Assembly: GCA_951406725.2 (NCBI GenBank)
Contig: OX597825.1
Coordinates: 52,018,001-52,082,000, forward strand
Source: Octopus vulgaris
Lineage: Eukaryota
Direction: 5' to 3'
Length of the DNA stretch: 64,000 nt
In this document: positions 52,785 to 64,000 of the stretch, piece after piece
Position numbering within the stretch: position 1 is the stretch's first letter
How the letters are laid out: every line of letters starts with the position of its first letter
The notes under the pieces: model-generated
Databases searched by the model: none
Told to the model about the DNA's origin: nothing
What the model saw: the letters and a program-made list of their open reading frames with translations, nothing else
Program-made: the position numbers and the translations under genes

Positions 52785-55409
52785 CCCTTTCGTTACTAAA
52801 CCGCCCAAAGCCGCCCGAAAAAAATTTGGGTTCATGTGACCAAGCCACCCAAAACTGTCCGTAATCACCTATTCATATTTAAATGAGAATATCAGAGCAA
52901 ATCTAGTTAGTACATTCGTGAAAACACGTGATTATACTTCGTAAACTGTTCATCTACAGTTTTGTTGAAAGATCGAGGTGTAATTTTGATTCCGTGAATT
53001 TTTGGAGATTTTTTCCCAAATTTGTTCCTGATGTATTTTTAAAATTTGTAATTCTGACAAAAAATGGATACAAATTTCATTCTGTCAAGCAGCGAGTCAG
53101 AATTCGAAGGATTTTCTACAGAAGACATTGATAAATCTAACTCTATGACTGAAAAAAAAAAAAAAGCACGTGGTATTTGAAAATGAATCCGATGTTTCAT
53201 TTTCCGAAAGTGAGAGCAGTGATTCCGAGAGCTCCGACAGCGATGAAGAAAATGTATTGGTTCCTGAATGGAGTCAAAAATTAAAAACTGTTTCTTCTAG
53301 TGATTTTTCTGAAGAAACTGGACCAAGCCAGTCTTTCCCAGGAGAGCAAAGCGATAGACTATTTTTTTTTACTTTTTCCAATGAGTCTATTTGAACTCAT
53401 TACGGCGGAAACGAACCGTTACGCTAAATGTAAACAAAGTGAAAGAAAGGATAGTTTGTGGTTTCCCACAACCTTAAATGAAATTAAGCCCTATTTTGCC
53501 ATAAATATCATTATGGGTATCAGAATGTTACCCAGAATAACAAATTACTGGAGCCCTTTGGAGACGAGTATGTATCGAGTATAATGACGAGGACTCGATT
53601 TTTAAAATTGACCCAATATTTGCATGTAAGAGACACGAGCAGTACACCAGTACGTGGAGAACCAGGCTTTGATCCCTTATTTAAAATAAGACCCCTTATT
53701 GACTGTGTTCAAAACACATATAAAACTGTTTATAAATGGGGGAGATGTTTATCAATTGATGAGGGTATGGTGGGCTATAAAGGCCGAGTACGTTTTCGAC
53801 AGTATATGCCCGGAAAGCCCACAAAATGGCGGATCAAAGTTTGGAAGATTTGCGAATCAAGTACTGGGTACTGCTCAGGATTTGAATTTTATACAGGCAA
53901 AAGAGACAATTATGTAAGTCAGCATGGCCTAGAATTGGATGTGGTCTGGAATTTATCACTTCCATCCATAACCAGAGCCGTATATTACTTTTTGACCGAT
54001 TTTTCAGTTCGGTCAAGCTTGCGGAGAATTTAGATACTGTGGCAACACATACATGTGCTACAGTGATCGCTAGTAGAAAAGGACTGCCATTGGATATAAA
54101 AAAAGCAAAATTAAAAAAAAAGGTGAAATAATTCAACGGCAGAAAGGAAATTTGCTAGCGACCGTATACAGAGATAAGAGGCAGATCAATTTTCTGTCTA
54201 CCTGTGCACGGCCACATGTGGATGAAAATGGCAAGCCGTTTGTGAACCTCGGTTATAACAGGTACATGGGTGGTGTAGATCGGCTGAATCAGATGATGTC
54301 TTACTATCCAGTTGGCAGACCGGGAAATAAATGGTGGCGATACCTGGTTTGGTATATAGTAAATATGAGTATTATTAATGCGTTTATATTATATACCAAA
54401 TCGGGACCGGCTCGGAAGCGATGCGACCATCTGCAGTTCCGAGCAGATGTAGCAACGCAACTAAGAGCTGGTTATTCCTAAAAAAAAAAAAAATAACTGT
54501 AGGAAGAAAAAGAAAAGCCTGCCAGAGGGATATCCCTCTGAATTCAGCCGATCTCCATAAATTAGAAAAAATCGAGGGTCGCAAAAAGCAGTGTCGTGAA
54601 TGCCTTCATCAAAAGAGGAAAGCTCCTAGTGGAAGGGCTGTTGAAACAACTTTCCAATGTGGATTCTGCAAGGTTGCATTATGTAGAGCAGGGTGCTTTA
54701 CAAGTTTTCACGATAGGAATATTGTTTGATTTGTATATATGTGTGATTTGATTTTATAAATATTGTCAAATTTACTTCGTTTTTATTTTTCTTTGTGTAA
54801 TTTTAATTTACCTGTAAAGGGGAGTGACGAATTTTGATTAATTTCTTTTGTAAATCATTATTGTATCTATGTATGTATCTATGCATTATTGTATCAGTGT
54901 ATATATGTATATGGGAGAGCTTATTTAATCTAGTTGATGGTGTGTGTCTATTTTGTTTTCTAGTTTTCTTCACGGACAAATTCCAGTCTTTCGTTTTACT
55001 TATACCTTCATGGTACATCTGTCTTTTGTGTGTTTAAAATCACCTAATGAATCCAGTAATGTGCACAACTCTTCAATTGTAAAATTTTGTTGTATACCCA
55101 ATTGAATATTAGCTAATAACCCATTTTCTATAGCGATGTTTGAACAAAAATTTTAATAATTTTATATTTTGTTGAATTTACCTGTATTTACTTGCATCTA
55201 CCTGCAATTAGATTCACTTTGTGACAAAAGTTGTGGTATAGAATTGGTTGAGAACCTTTCATTGAATTATCTTCCAAAAATCACATTAATATATTGATAA
55301 ATAAAAAAGTTATAGTTGTTTAATGAAACCAGACTAAATTTATGATTATGTTAGAAATTAATTGAAACACATAAGGGGTATTTTGGTCAGAAATATAGTA
55401 ACGAAAGGG
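52785..55409 (+). mobile_element. piggyBac transposon, full length (2625 bp)
   Basis: Perfect 14-bp TIRs CCCTTTCGTTACTA / TAGTAACGAAAGGG, with TCAA on both sides (52781-84, 55410-13). Confidence 0.95.
53064..54729 (+). pseudogene. piggyBac (PGBD4-like) transposase, frameshifted
   Basis: Acidic N-terminus; LSIDEGMVGYKG, LFDRFFSS, YNRYMGGVDRLNQ; C-terminal CRD CREC..QCGFCKVALC..CFTSFH. About six frame changes. Confidence 0.95.
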
Positions 55410-57324
55410 TCAAAGAAGAACAGTGTTGATTCAGAAGCATCCAACCAAGGGTGTCACATCCAGTAACTATCATCTGATTGCTTGTTTACCTATGATGTGG
55501 AAACTTCTAACTTAATTTATAGGAAAGAAATTGTATGACCATCTTGAAAGAAACTAACTGCTTTTGGATAAACAGAAAAGCTGCTGGAAGGGATCACCTG
55601 AAAAAAAGGATCATTTGCTAATAGATAAGGCAATTTTAAGGAATTGTCAAGAGAAGTTTGAGAAGCCTATTAATAGCTTTGATTGACTATAAGAAAGGAT
55701 ATGATATGGTTCCTCACTCATGGAGATGGTTAGGGCAGCTAAAAATATAATGTATTTATTCAAAAACAGTATGACAGCCGGTAGAGAGGAAACTGGACAA
55801 GTTGACAGTAGCAGGGGAATCATTCAAGAAGACCTTATCTCACAATTGCTGTTTGTTTGTTAGTATGTTGCTGCTCTCCTTGTCTCTGAAGAAGATGAGA
55901 GTAGGTTACAAACAGCAGGAAAATGTGAGACCAGTTAACCACCTGCTGTTTATGAATAATTTGAAACATTATAGAGCCAGCTGAGATAAACTGGAGTTCC
56001 TTATTCAAACTGTATGAATTTTCTCATATGACAATCAGATGATATTTAATCAAAATAAATGCACTGATGTTGAACTGAGAAGAGGGTGAAAAGTAGACAA
56101 CAGTGGAGTATAACTTCCAGATGATGAGCACATATGGGAAGTGAATGGAGAGGGTTGCCAGTATCTTGGTGTTGTACAATGAGGCCAGATAATGAACATC
56201 AAGATGAAGGAAAAAAATTCTTCTGAATTTACTAGAAGAGTGAAAAATGTTATGTAAATCCAAGTTAAATGGAGGGAACATGATTAGAAGAATCAGCACT
56301 TGGGCTGTAGGTGTGGTGTGTTACTGCACAGGAGTTGTGGAGTGGACAAAAGAACTGGTAACTATGGATAGAAAAACTAAAAAGACAGGGGCTCTGCATT
56401 GGTGCCTTCATACTAGAAGTAACATAACATGGTTTTATTTACCTAGAAAAGAAGGTGGAAGAAGATTGATTGGAATAGAGGATAGTGTTATGAAGGAAAT
56501 CCAGTCCTTGCATGCCTTACTGGGGAATAATGATAAAAGAATGTTGCAGGCTGCACTGAGTGTGAAGGTGGTCAATGACAATGTTGAGACCATTCAGGAG
56601 TACAGTATGAGGACTAATAAAGAAAAAAATCATCAAATGGAATGAAAAACTCCTACATGGAGAGTTTTTTTCAGCAAACACTGTATGAAACTGTTGAAGA
56701 ATCCCGGAGATGGTTAAGTCATGGTTTTTAAAAGAAATTGATAAAAGGACTGGTTCTTGTTACTCAAGAACAAGCTTTATGAACCAATTCAGTTAAGTAT
56801 AGCATTGATATGAGAGCAGTATCACCTTAGTGTAAATTATTCTAAAATATCATCTGTGATGGACAAGGTGCACCACATATGCTATATAGTTGATGTCGCA
56901 TGCCCCTTTGACCCGCAAATAGTTAAGGAAGACAAAAAGGTAGATAGACACAACCTTCTTAAGTACGGAATAGCCTGGCTATGGAAAATGAAGAAGGTGA
57001 AGATAGTGCCAATTATTGTTGTGTCCTTGGGAACAGTATCAGAAGACATCAAGAGGAATATAAAGGAAATTGGAATACAGTTCCCAGTAGAACTGTCACA
57101 AAAGGTTTGCCTCCTTGGCATGGCCAGAATAATCAAGTAAGTATTAGATAGCTGAAAAGAATGGATAGCATGATACCATAGGCTGTGCTATGCATGCAAC
57201 ACACTAGGAGCTCCAAGAAAACCTGTGATAAAGTGAAGAGGATAACAATAATAGTGAAAATTAAAATATTTTACTATGAATATCCAGTGAACAGGAAAAC
57301 CTAAATATTGTCCATAGTTTCAGC

Positions 57325-58460
57325 AAAGACGAGTGGATGAGAATGGAATTGGACAAATGTGCCAAAGTGGCATTCAGAAGAGGCAAATTAATCAGCACTA
57401 AAAACACTGCACTTTACATAGATACAGAAACCAGGGACTTAGACCACAATCTCTCATGAAAATATCTAGGAATAAATGAAATAGCAAAAATACAACATAG
57501 AAATGAAAGAGAAAGTTAGGAGAGAGTAAAGCAGAAGAGTTAGACTAATATTGAGCCTTGAACTCAAAGCTAGTAAGGATAAAAATGCTAGCCATATCAA
57601 TCATAAATTACAGCTTCAATATAATAAACTGGAAGATGAGTTAATTGAGAAACTCAGATAGAAAAATCAGAAAACTATTCACAGCTTGCCAAATTCACCA
57701 CCCCAAAATATATCTACCCTACTCTGAAGGAAGATGAAGCATAAAGCAGAGAACTACTATAAAGTAACAACAGTTGAATTAGAAGAATTCTTTAAAAAAT
57801 GGGTTACTTTTACATATAACAAAGAAATACGAAAAATAAAACACTTTCTCTGTACACACAGAAATGACAGAATACAAAGCAGAAATAAATTACACTGAAA
57901 CACCAAACTCAGATGACAACACAGAAATAATTAAAGAAACAAAAAAAAAACAACATAAAAACAGAACTACAAAACATAATAAAGAAGAAATGTAGAGAAA
58001 AATCACTCCTTGACCAATGCCCTGCAAGACTTGACTGAGATGAAATGAGCTGAAGTGAAAGCCAGCAATGGCTGAAACGCTTTGGACTAAAAGTAAAAAT
58101 AGGAATAATTCTCACTGCACAAAAGGAATGCCTGACAACAAATAACTATAAAAGCAAAATAATGAAAACAAGCTCTTAGGCCAAATTCAGAATGAGCAAC
58201 AAGCGCAATGAGATAGTTGACCACATCATGTCTGGCTACTCAGTTGTAGCCAAATCTGAATATTTATACAGATATGTCCAAGCAGGCTGTTATATTGACT
58301 GGGCAATATGCCAAAAGTACAACATAAAAACAAACAAGACATGGCATAAACATGCGCCAATTAAGGTGCACAACAATGACTGGGACACAATCAAGTGAGA
58401 TATGACTGTTCAAACTGACAAAGAAACTGAAGTGAATTACCCAGACATAATAATCTTGGG
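57325..58460 (+). mobile_element. Second R4/Dong LINE fragment
   Basis: MELDKCAKVAFRRGKL..KYLGINE..VDHIMSG..EYLYRY..WHKHAP..QTDKE..PDIII. Confidence 0.85.
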
Positions 58461-58474
58461 CTGGGAATAATCTT

Positions 58475-59200
58475 GCTTTTTATGTGCCACTGGCACAGGG
58501 AGCCAGTCAGGCAGCACTGGCAATGACCCACACATGAATGGTGCTTATTGCGTGCCAGCAGCATGAGAGCCAGTCAAGCAGCACAAGCATCAGCCACAAC
58601 AATTTCCAATTTTGATTACTGATTTTACTTAACTCAATAGGTTTCCTCAAGCACAGCATGTCACCCAACGAGTCAAAGGTACTTTTTAAATGGGCTGGTT
58701 GTGTGACACTGGTATAGGCTATGGCTGTGACCTCATCTTACTTGCTGGGTCTACTCAATCGCAGCATATCTCCAGAGGTTTCAGTCTCTTGCCATCACCC
58801 CTGTGAGGCCCAACATTTGAAGGTCATGCTTCACCACTTCATTTCATGTCTTTTTAGGTCTCCCTCTTCCATGGGTTCCTTCCAATTCTTCACACAGCTC
58901 CTCTCATCCATACGTAGCACATGACTATACCAGCACAGTTGTCTCTCTTGCACACCACATCTGAAGCTTGTTATGTTTAACATTTCTCTTAGGTTGCTTA
59001 CACTCTGTTGTGTGTGCACACTGATATTACACATCCAGCGGATTATACTAGCTTCATTTCTTTCAAGCCTACGCATGTCTTTAGCAGTCATTGGCCATGT
59101 TTAACTGCCATGTAGCATAGCAGCTCCCTCATATGCATCATACAGTCTACCTTTCACTCTGAGCGAGAGGCTCTTTGTCACCAGTAGAGGTAGGAGCTTT
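58475..59200 (-). mobile_element. RTE LINE: ORF C-terminus plus 3' UTR subrepeats
   Basis: LLPLLVTKSLSLRVKGRLYDA..MLHGS*TW..DMRRLERNEASIIRWMC..LCWYSHVLRMDE. Links the dispersed GGCAC..AAAAAGCA tails to RTE. Confidence 0.9.
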
Positions 59201-59599
59201 TCAAAAAATAACCCTCCTAGGAGCAGCCCACATCTGGTACAAGACATTATCAATTCAATAGCATAGCCCAAATAAAGCAATCGACAAATACATGAAGTAT
59301 CAAATAAAATAAACAACCCACATTACATGTACTCTACAAGATGGACACCCAACAGAATACTAACACCGCTCACATTACAAACACACACACACAACACACA
59401 GTACAAGCACTAATACAACAAAAGACTCAAGTTAATCTCCATAATGAAACAAATGAGAAGTGACTTGTACTCCCCACTGTGAGCAAAAAAACAGGAGCAT
59501 AATGCGGCACCCACTTCAGGGATTGGGAGATGTACCAGGTGATGCAGTAAAAATTTGCCTGAAAATATGAAATAATAATAATAATAATGATAATTGAAT

Positions 59600-59946
59600 A
59601 AGAGAGGCAAATACTGACATAGCCATACCAAATTACAGTAAAGAGGTTGCAAAAAATCACCAAGTACTCCGAATTGAAATTGGAAATGGCAAGACTGTAT
59701 GGAATGCGAGAGGGTAATGTAAATGTGATACCAGTGGTGATCGGAGAGTTGGGCTCAATCCCATTGAAACTTCAAGGCTTCTTAAGGCAACTAGAAGTCC
59801 CATGCAAGATTGATGTCTTGCAAAAAGGCAGCCTTATTGGGCACAGCAGGCATCTTAAGGAAAGCATTATCTGTCTGAGGTCCTTGTTGTGACTTGACAG
59901 ATGACTAAAAACTAAGGTGCATTTTTACCTATACTGTGTTATGAAG

Positions 59947-59979
<33 letters not shown>

Positions 59980-59992
59980 TGATGATGATGAT
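59600..59992 (+). mobile_element. R4/Dong LINE 3' end flanked by (TAA)n
   Basis: KITKYSELKLEMARLY..VIPVVIGELGSIP..DVLQK. (AAT)n at 59571-59592 and 59949-59977. Confidence 0.85.
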
Positions 59993-59994
59993 AA

Positions 59995-60422
59995 TAGTTT
60001 CAAATTTTGCCACAAGGCCAGCAATTTCGGGAATTGTTGATTACAACACCCCCAGTACTTAACTGGTACTCAATTTATCGAAAGGATGAAAGTTGACCTT
60101 GATGGAATTTGAACTCTGAATGTAAAGACAGATGAAATGCTGCTAAGCATTTTTGCCCAGCATACTAACGATTCTGCCAGCTCACTGCCTTAATAATAAT
60201 AATAATAATAATAATAATTATTATTATTATTGTTATTATTATTCTCTCTACTTTAGGTACAAGGCCTGAATTTTTTGGGGAGGGGGCTAGTTGATTACAT
60301 TGATCCCAGTGTTTCACTGTTACTTACTTTATCGACCCTGAAAAGATGAAAGCAAAGTCAATCTTGGCAGAAATTGAACTCAGAAAATAAGGACAGATGA
60401 AATGCCACTAAGCATTTCCCCC
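59995..60422 (-). mobile_element. Two tandem short SINEs (second family)
   Basis: Copies at 59995-60190 and 60245-60422, each matching the reverse complement of the 10625/29300 family. Confidence 0.8.
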
Positions 60423-61394
60423 AGTGAATAAGAAGGGGAGGAGAATAATGATGATGATGACAAAGGTACCAATATTAATCATTATCATTTGTTATTATGT
60501 AGAAAACCTTATTTCATTTGTTATCTTGTGTGATATTATAATACAATGGAAGATGTAGCAGTTTCTGTAAATTAGCTGAGTTGAGTATTTAAAGAAAATG
60601 ATGTCATTTCAATATTTCTTTTATATCTCTCTCACTCTCTTTCTCTTTATATCAACATCTGTACGTCTGTTTGTCAGTCTGTCTATCTATTAGAGTGTGT
60701 GCATGTGTGTGTGTGTGTGTGTCTGTCTGTTTGTCTCTCTCTTTCTCTCTCTGGAAGAGTCTGACCATGGCATGTCTTGCTGAGAGAATAACTTTGTTTA
60801 ATTACTCATAGTAACTGAAGCATGACTAATGAAGATACATAGAAAAACTAATTACTGTACACAAGTACATTGACTAATTAATCACTTTACTTATATTTTC
60901 AAAGTTGAATAAATATTTTTCCATCTTCCATACTTCAATAATGAACAATGTTTGAGTTGTCGGAAACACAGACAGTTGGTCACTGTCAACATGTTATATA
61001 CTTGTATATAATTGTAAATGTATCTTCTTCTTGTTTTTTTTCTCTCTCTCTCCCCCTCTCTCCATGTTTGTGTGTGTGTATATCCTTGGTTTGCTGTCAT
61101 ATTATGGTTGTAAACAAGCATCATAGTCATGCAAGTGTTGTTTATTTCCAGTCTTCTGGGAGAAACCTGTCTGACCTTGGGAAATATTAACTTGCAAGGA
61201 AACAGGTGATAGGAAAAGTATCAAGCCATAGAAAATATGCCTCAGCAAATTCCATTTAGTTCATGCAGGTATAGTAAATTGAGCATTAAATGATGATAGT
61301 TGGAAGCAAATGACATAAAATACACCTGTAAAACAGAGTACACATCATTTTAATTATTTCCTAAAAATTTTTCTACTTCTCTATTTCATCATTA

Positions 61395-61590
61395 TAATCA
61401 TCACCATCATCACCATAATTTAACATCTGCTTTCCCTGCTGGCACAGGTTGGACAGATGGTTTGACAAGAGCTGGTTAGGCAGAAGACTGCACCAGTTTT
61501 CAGTGTCTGTTTTGGCAGGATTTTTTTTACCACTGGATGCCCTTCTTAATATCAACCACGCTGCAGGGTTATTTGAAAGTGCTGTGTTCT
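61395..61590 (-). mobile_element. Diverged RTE-type 3' tail
   Basis: (ATC)n..TTTAACATCTGCTTTCC..CTGGATGCCCTTC. Confidence 0.65.
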
Positions 61591-61969
61591 TCATACAAAA
61601 GTGAAGAAATGAGTCATGCAGTCATAGGGGAATTTTAACTTTCTGATGGTGACTGAATGTTATAATAGTCAGTTTCTTTGATGTCAATCCTAAACTGAAT
61701 TCCCTGTCATATGAGTCCATGAAGAAACCTCCAGCATATCTTGTATACAAAGATCTCAAAACGGAAATATTCAAGATATGGAGCATAAAAGTAAAAAAAC
61801 AATACTAGTAACAACTGGAGCGTTGCATATGATAAAGAAACAAGTATAAACAAATGCAGAAACCATAACTGAGCCCACAACACAACATACTATCTAAAAA
61901 CATTGCCCAACTTGAAGTAGTACATAAACAACCTGCCAAACTTCATCAAGCATGAACTATTTAAATCTC

Positions 61970-62870
61970 ACCTGCATGTTAGCCTGGGCTACCAGCTGCA
62001 TCTTGGAGCTGGTGATGTTTAGGCTACCTTTACTAGGTCTTTCCTTGATTATAGAGTAGGCAGTCAATAATAAATCTCTGAACGAGATGTAAACAGTTCA
62101 GAGATTTATTATTGCTTGCAGACAGTTTTTCGAAATCAGAGTAGGCAGTGCTATCCTAAAAAGAATTTTCAAATTACATTGGATGTTGCCAGACATCCGA
62201 TGTAACTTGGATGCCTGGCAAAATTCAATGATGACTGAGCAAAGACCAGTTGTTAATCCAAGCCCCACTCCTATACTGAGTTTATAAATGCAACTTTGTT
62301 GTCACTTGTTATTGTTAGTTCATGATTCATCCTTCATTGAAGGAGCTGTGAGAGAAAAGAAAATTGAAGACATTCCTCTCAAATGTTTTACGTGTGTATT
62401 ATGATGAGGGAAGTCATAGCTGAGGGGAATAGTTCCAACCTCTTCACCTTTAATATTAATGTACATTGATATGAAAACCTTTATAAATAGTTGTCTCGCT
62501 GGCTGCAGGAGATAGCAAACAAAAGATTAATAAAATTCACCACATTGACTTCTTAGGACTCTGGCACTGGGTATAAATTAGGGTTTACCCTCTTAACTCT
62601 TCTGAATGGTGAGTAAAACTGCAGGGCCATGGAAGTTTGCAATACGAGTTTTACTTCTTTTAGGTGAACTGTTAGCCAAAACTAATGACACCCATTTACC
62701 CAAAGTCTCCGGTTTTAATATGCCAATGGCTAGCCTTCAGCTTAGTTCATGTAACAGGAGACAGATCCTTCATGCACAGGTTAGGATTGGACTACAGTTA
62801 TGAGAGGCTGAGTCACAAATCATTGAAAGCATTTTATAGAGATGATAATGAAATCCTATCCTTAATAGCA
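61970..62870 (-). mobile_element. Probable RTE LINE 5' UTR remnant, hairpin-rich
   Basis: Minus-strand motifs AAAAGAAGTAAAACTC..CAAACTTCC, GAGGGTAAACCC and GGTAGCCTAAACATC resemble RTE 5' UTRs as I recall them. No ORF supports this. Confidence 0.4.
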
Positions 62871-63220
62871 CTGGCAGATTTGACACCTACACATACATAC
62901 TCACATCCACACACACACAAATATATATACACATTTATATTCTTTAATTCCAAACATTTTCAAAACACATTGGTACATTTCCAAAATTGTCTAAATTTAG
63001 AAATCATCAGTCAATGATTCCTTCACTAGAGAGAGGGAGGAGAGAGGGAGAGACAAAAGAGGAGGATGAGAGTGAGATAGGGAGGAGTGAAGAGGGTATG
63101 TGAATAAAGTCAGGGGAAGAAGGAAAAATGGCAGGAAGAGAAAACTGGGAATAACAAGATCTGAAAAAGATAAACATCAATAGAAGAACATGTAACAGAA
63201 GTTAAATTATAACGATAGTA

Positions 63221-63223
<3 letters not shown>

Positions 63224-63306
<83 letters not shown>
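63224..63306. repeat. (TA)n(GA)n microsatellite
   Basis: Read directly from the sequence. Confidence 0.95.
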
Positions 63307-63439
63307 CGTGAGGAAAGAGAAAGAAAGAAATAAGTAATAAAGAAAAGGTTAGGGGATAGGGAGCAAAAGGTGATTGCTGAAGAGTGGTTAAGCAGAAACA
63401 CTAAATACTTCTGTGAATGATGAATAATGATACATGCGT

Positions 63440-63474
<35 letters not shown>

Positions 63475-63585
63475 CACGCACAAACAACAACAACAACAAA
63501 TTCCATCTGACCCATGGAAGCATAGAAATGTGGATATTAAATGATAATTATACATATATATATATTTATATATATATATATATAT

Positions 63586-64000
63586 AAGCAAAGTAGCTAG
63601 TCATAAAATCTCAAGAAGAGATAGAATAAGTAACGTATACTAAACAGTAAATAGAGATGCCACATCAGAGTGGCAGGTGAATGGTACTACTAGTTTAACC
63701 CCAGGCAGATTCTCCGCCAGGTGGTTTTCTGTGTGAGCTCTGCACCCTTTATATACAATATATCGCTAGCAGGGTGAGTGAACCCTTACTACCCTCCAGC
63801 AGCTGACAGGATCCCAGGACCAGCCAGTTTTGAGCTATTTGGCTCACATCAGCCACGTGCACCTGCACAGTGGAGTGATAGCTAAGATCCACTTCTGCCA
63901 GTGATATACTGTAAACAAAGTGACCATCGGTCATTGATTTGCAAGAAACAAAATAGCTAGTTATAAAATCTCAGGGAAGAGATACAGTAGTAATGCATAC
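63586..64000 (-). mobile_element. 360-bp tandem, hammerhead-containing repeat (retrozyme-like or pLTR-like), continuing beyond the window
   Basis: 63591-63640 recurs at 63951-64000. Hammerhead-like motif at 63815-63855. Confidence 0.6.
63815..63855 (-). ncRNA. CpG-decayed minimal type I hammerhead motif
   Basis: UGG CUGAUGU GAGC-CAAAUA-GCUC AAA ACUGGCUGGU C CUG. Reverting CpG transitions gives CGAA, a palindromic ACCGGCCGGU and a GUC site. Confidence 0.55.

Larger units (their letters stand above)
51125..57255 (+). mobile_element. Near full-length decayed R4/Dong LINE, interrupted by piggyBac
   Basis: EWTKGNNKLLFECY..VSEQRLADQIR; WKVAGPDLVQGF; VPELMVK|RTVLIQKHPTKG..NYHLIACLPMMWKLLT; NHLLFMNNLK; REL domain IVDVACPFD..IVPIIVVSLGTV; TAA-like tail. 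Confidence 0.9.

Noticed and set aside
53064-54729. Domesticated PGBD4 host gene
   Set aside because: Intact TIRs and TSD, insertion inside a LINE and multiple frameshifts indicate a transposon copy.

Overview
This is AT-rich, microsatellite-dense eukaryotic DNA with no recognisable host protein-coding gene, so it is probably intergenic or intronic. The SINE, RTE, R4/Dong and Penelope repeats resemble those I recall from octopus (coleoid cephalopod) genomes; that assignment is inference, not a database result. Nearly all ORF-track entries are microsatellite artefacts or decayed transposon fragments. The clearest elements are a full-length piggyBac with a non-canonical TCAA target duplication inside an R4/Dong LINE, a hAT (8-bp TSD, carrying a SINE) inside a CR1-like LINE, a mariner inside a Penelope RT, a second mariner, a maT-like element, MITEs and foldbacks. 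The most interesting signal is a set of minimal type I hammerhead-ribozyme motifs in three repeat families: a Penelope pLTR, a tRNA-headed SINE-like element inserted in inverted configuration, and a 360-bp tandem retrozyme-like repeat. Several locally templated insertions and hairpins are also present. All alignments and folds were done by eye, and boundaries without a TIR or TSD are approximate.
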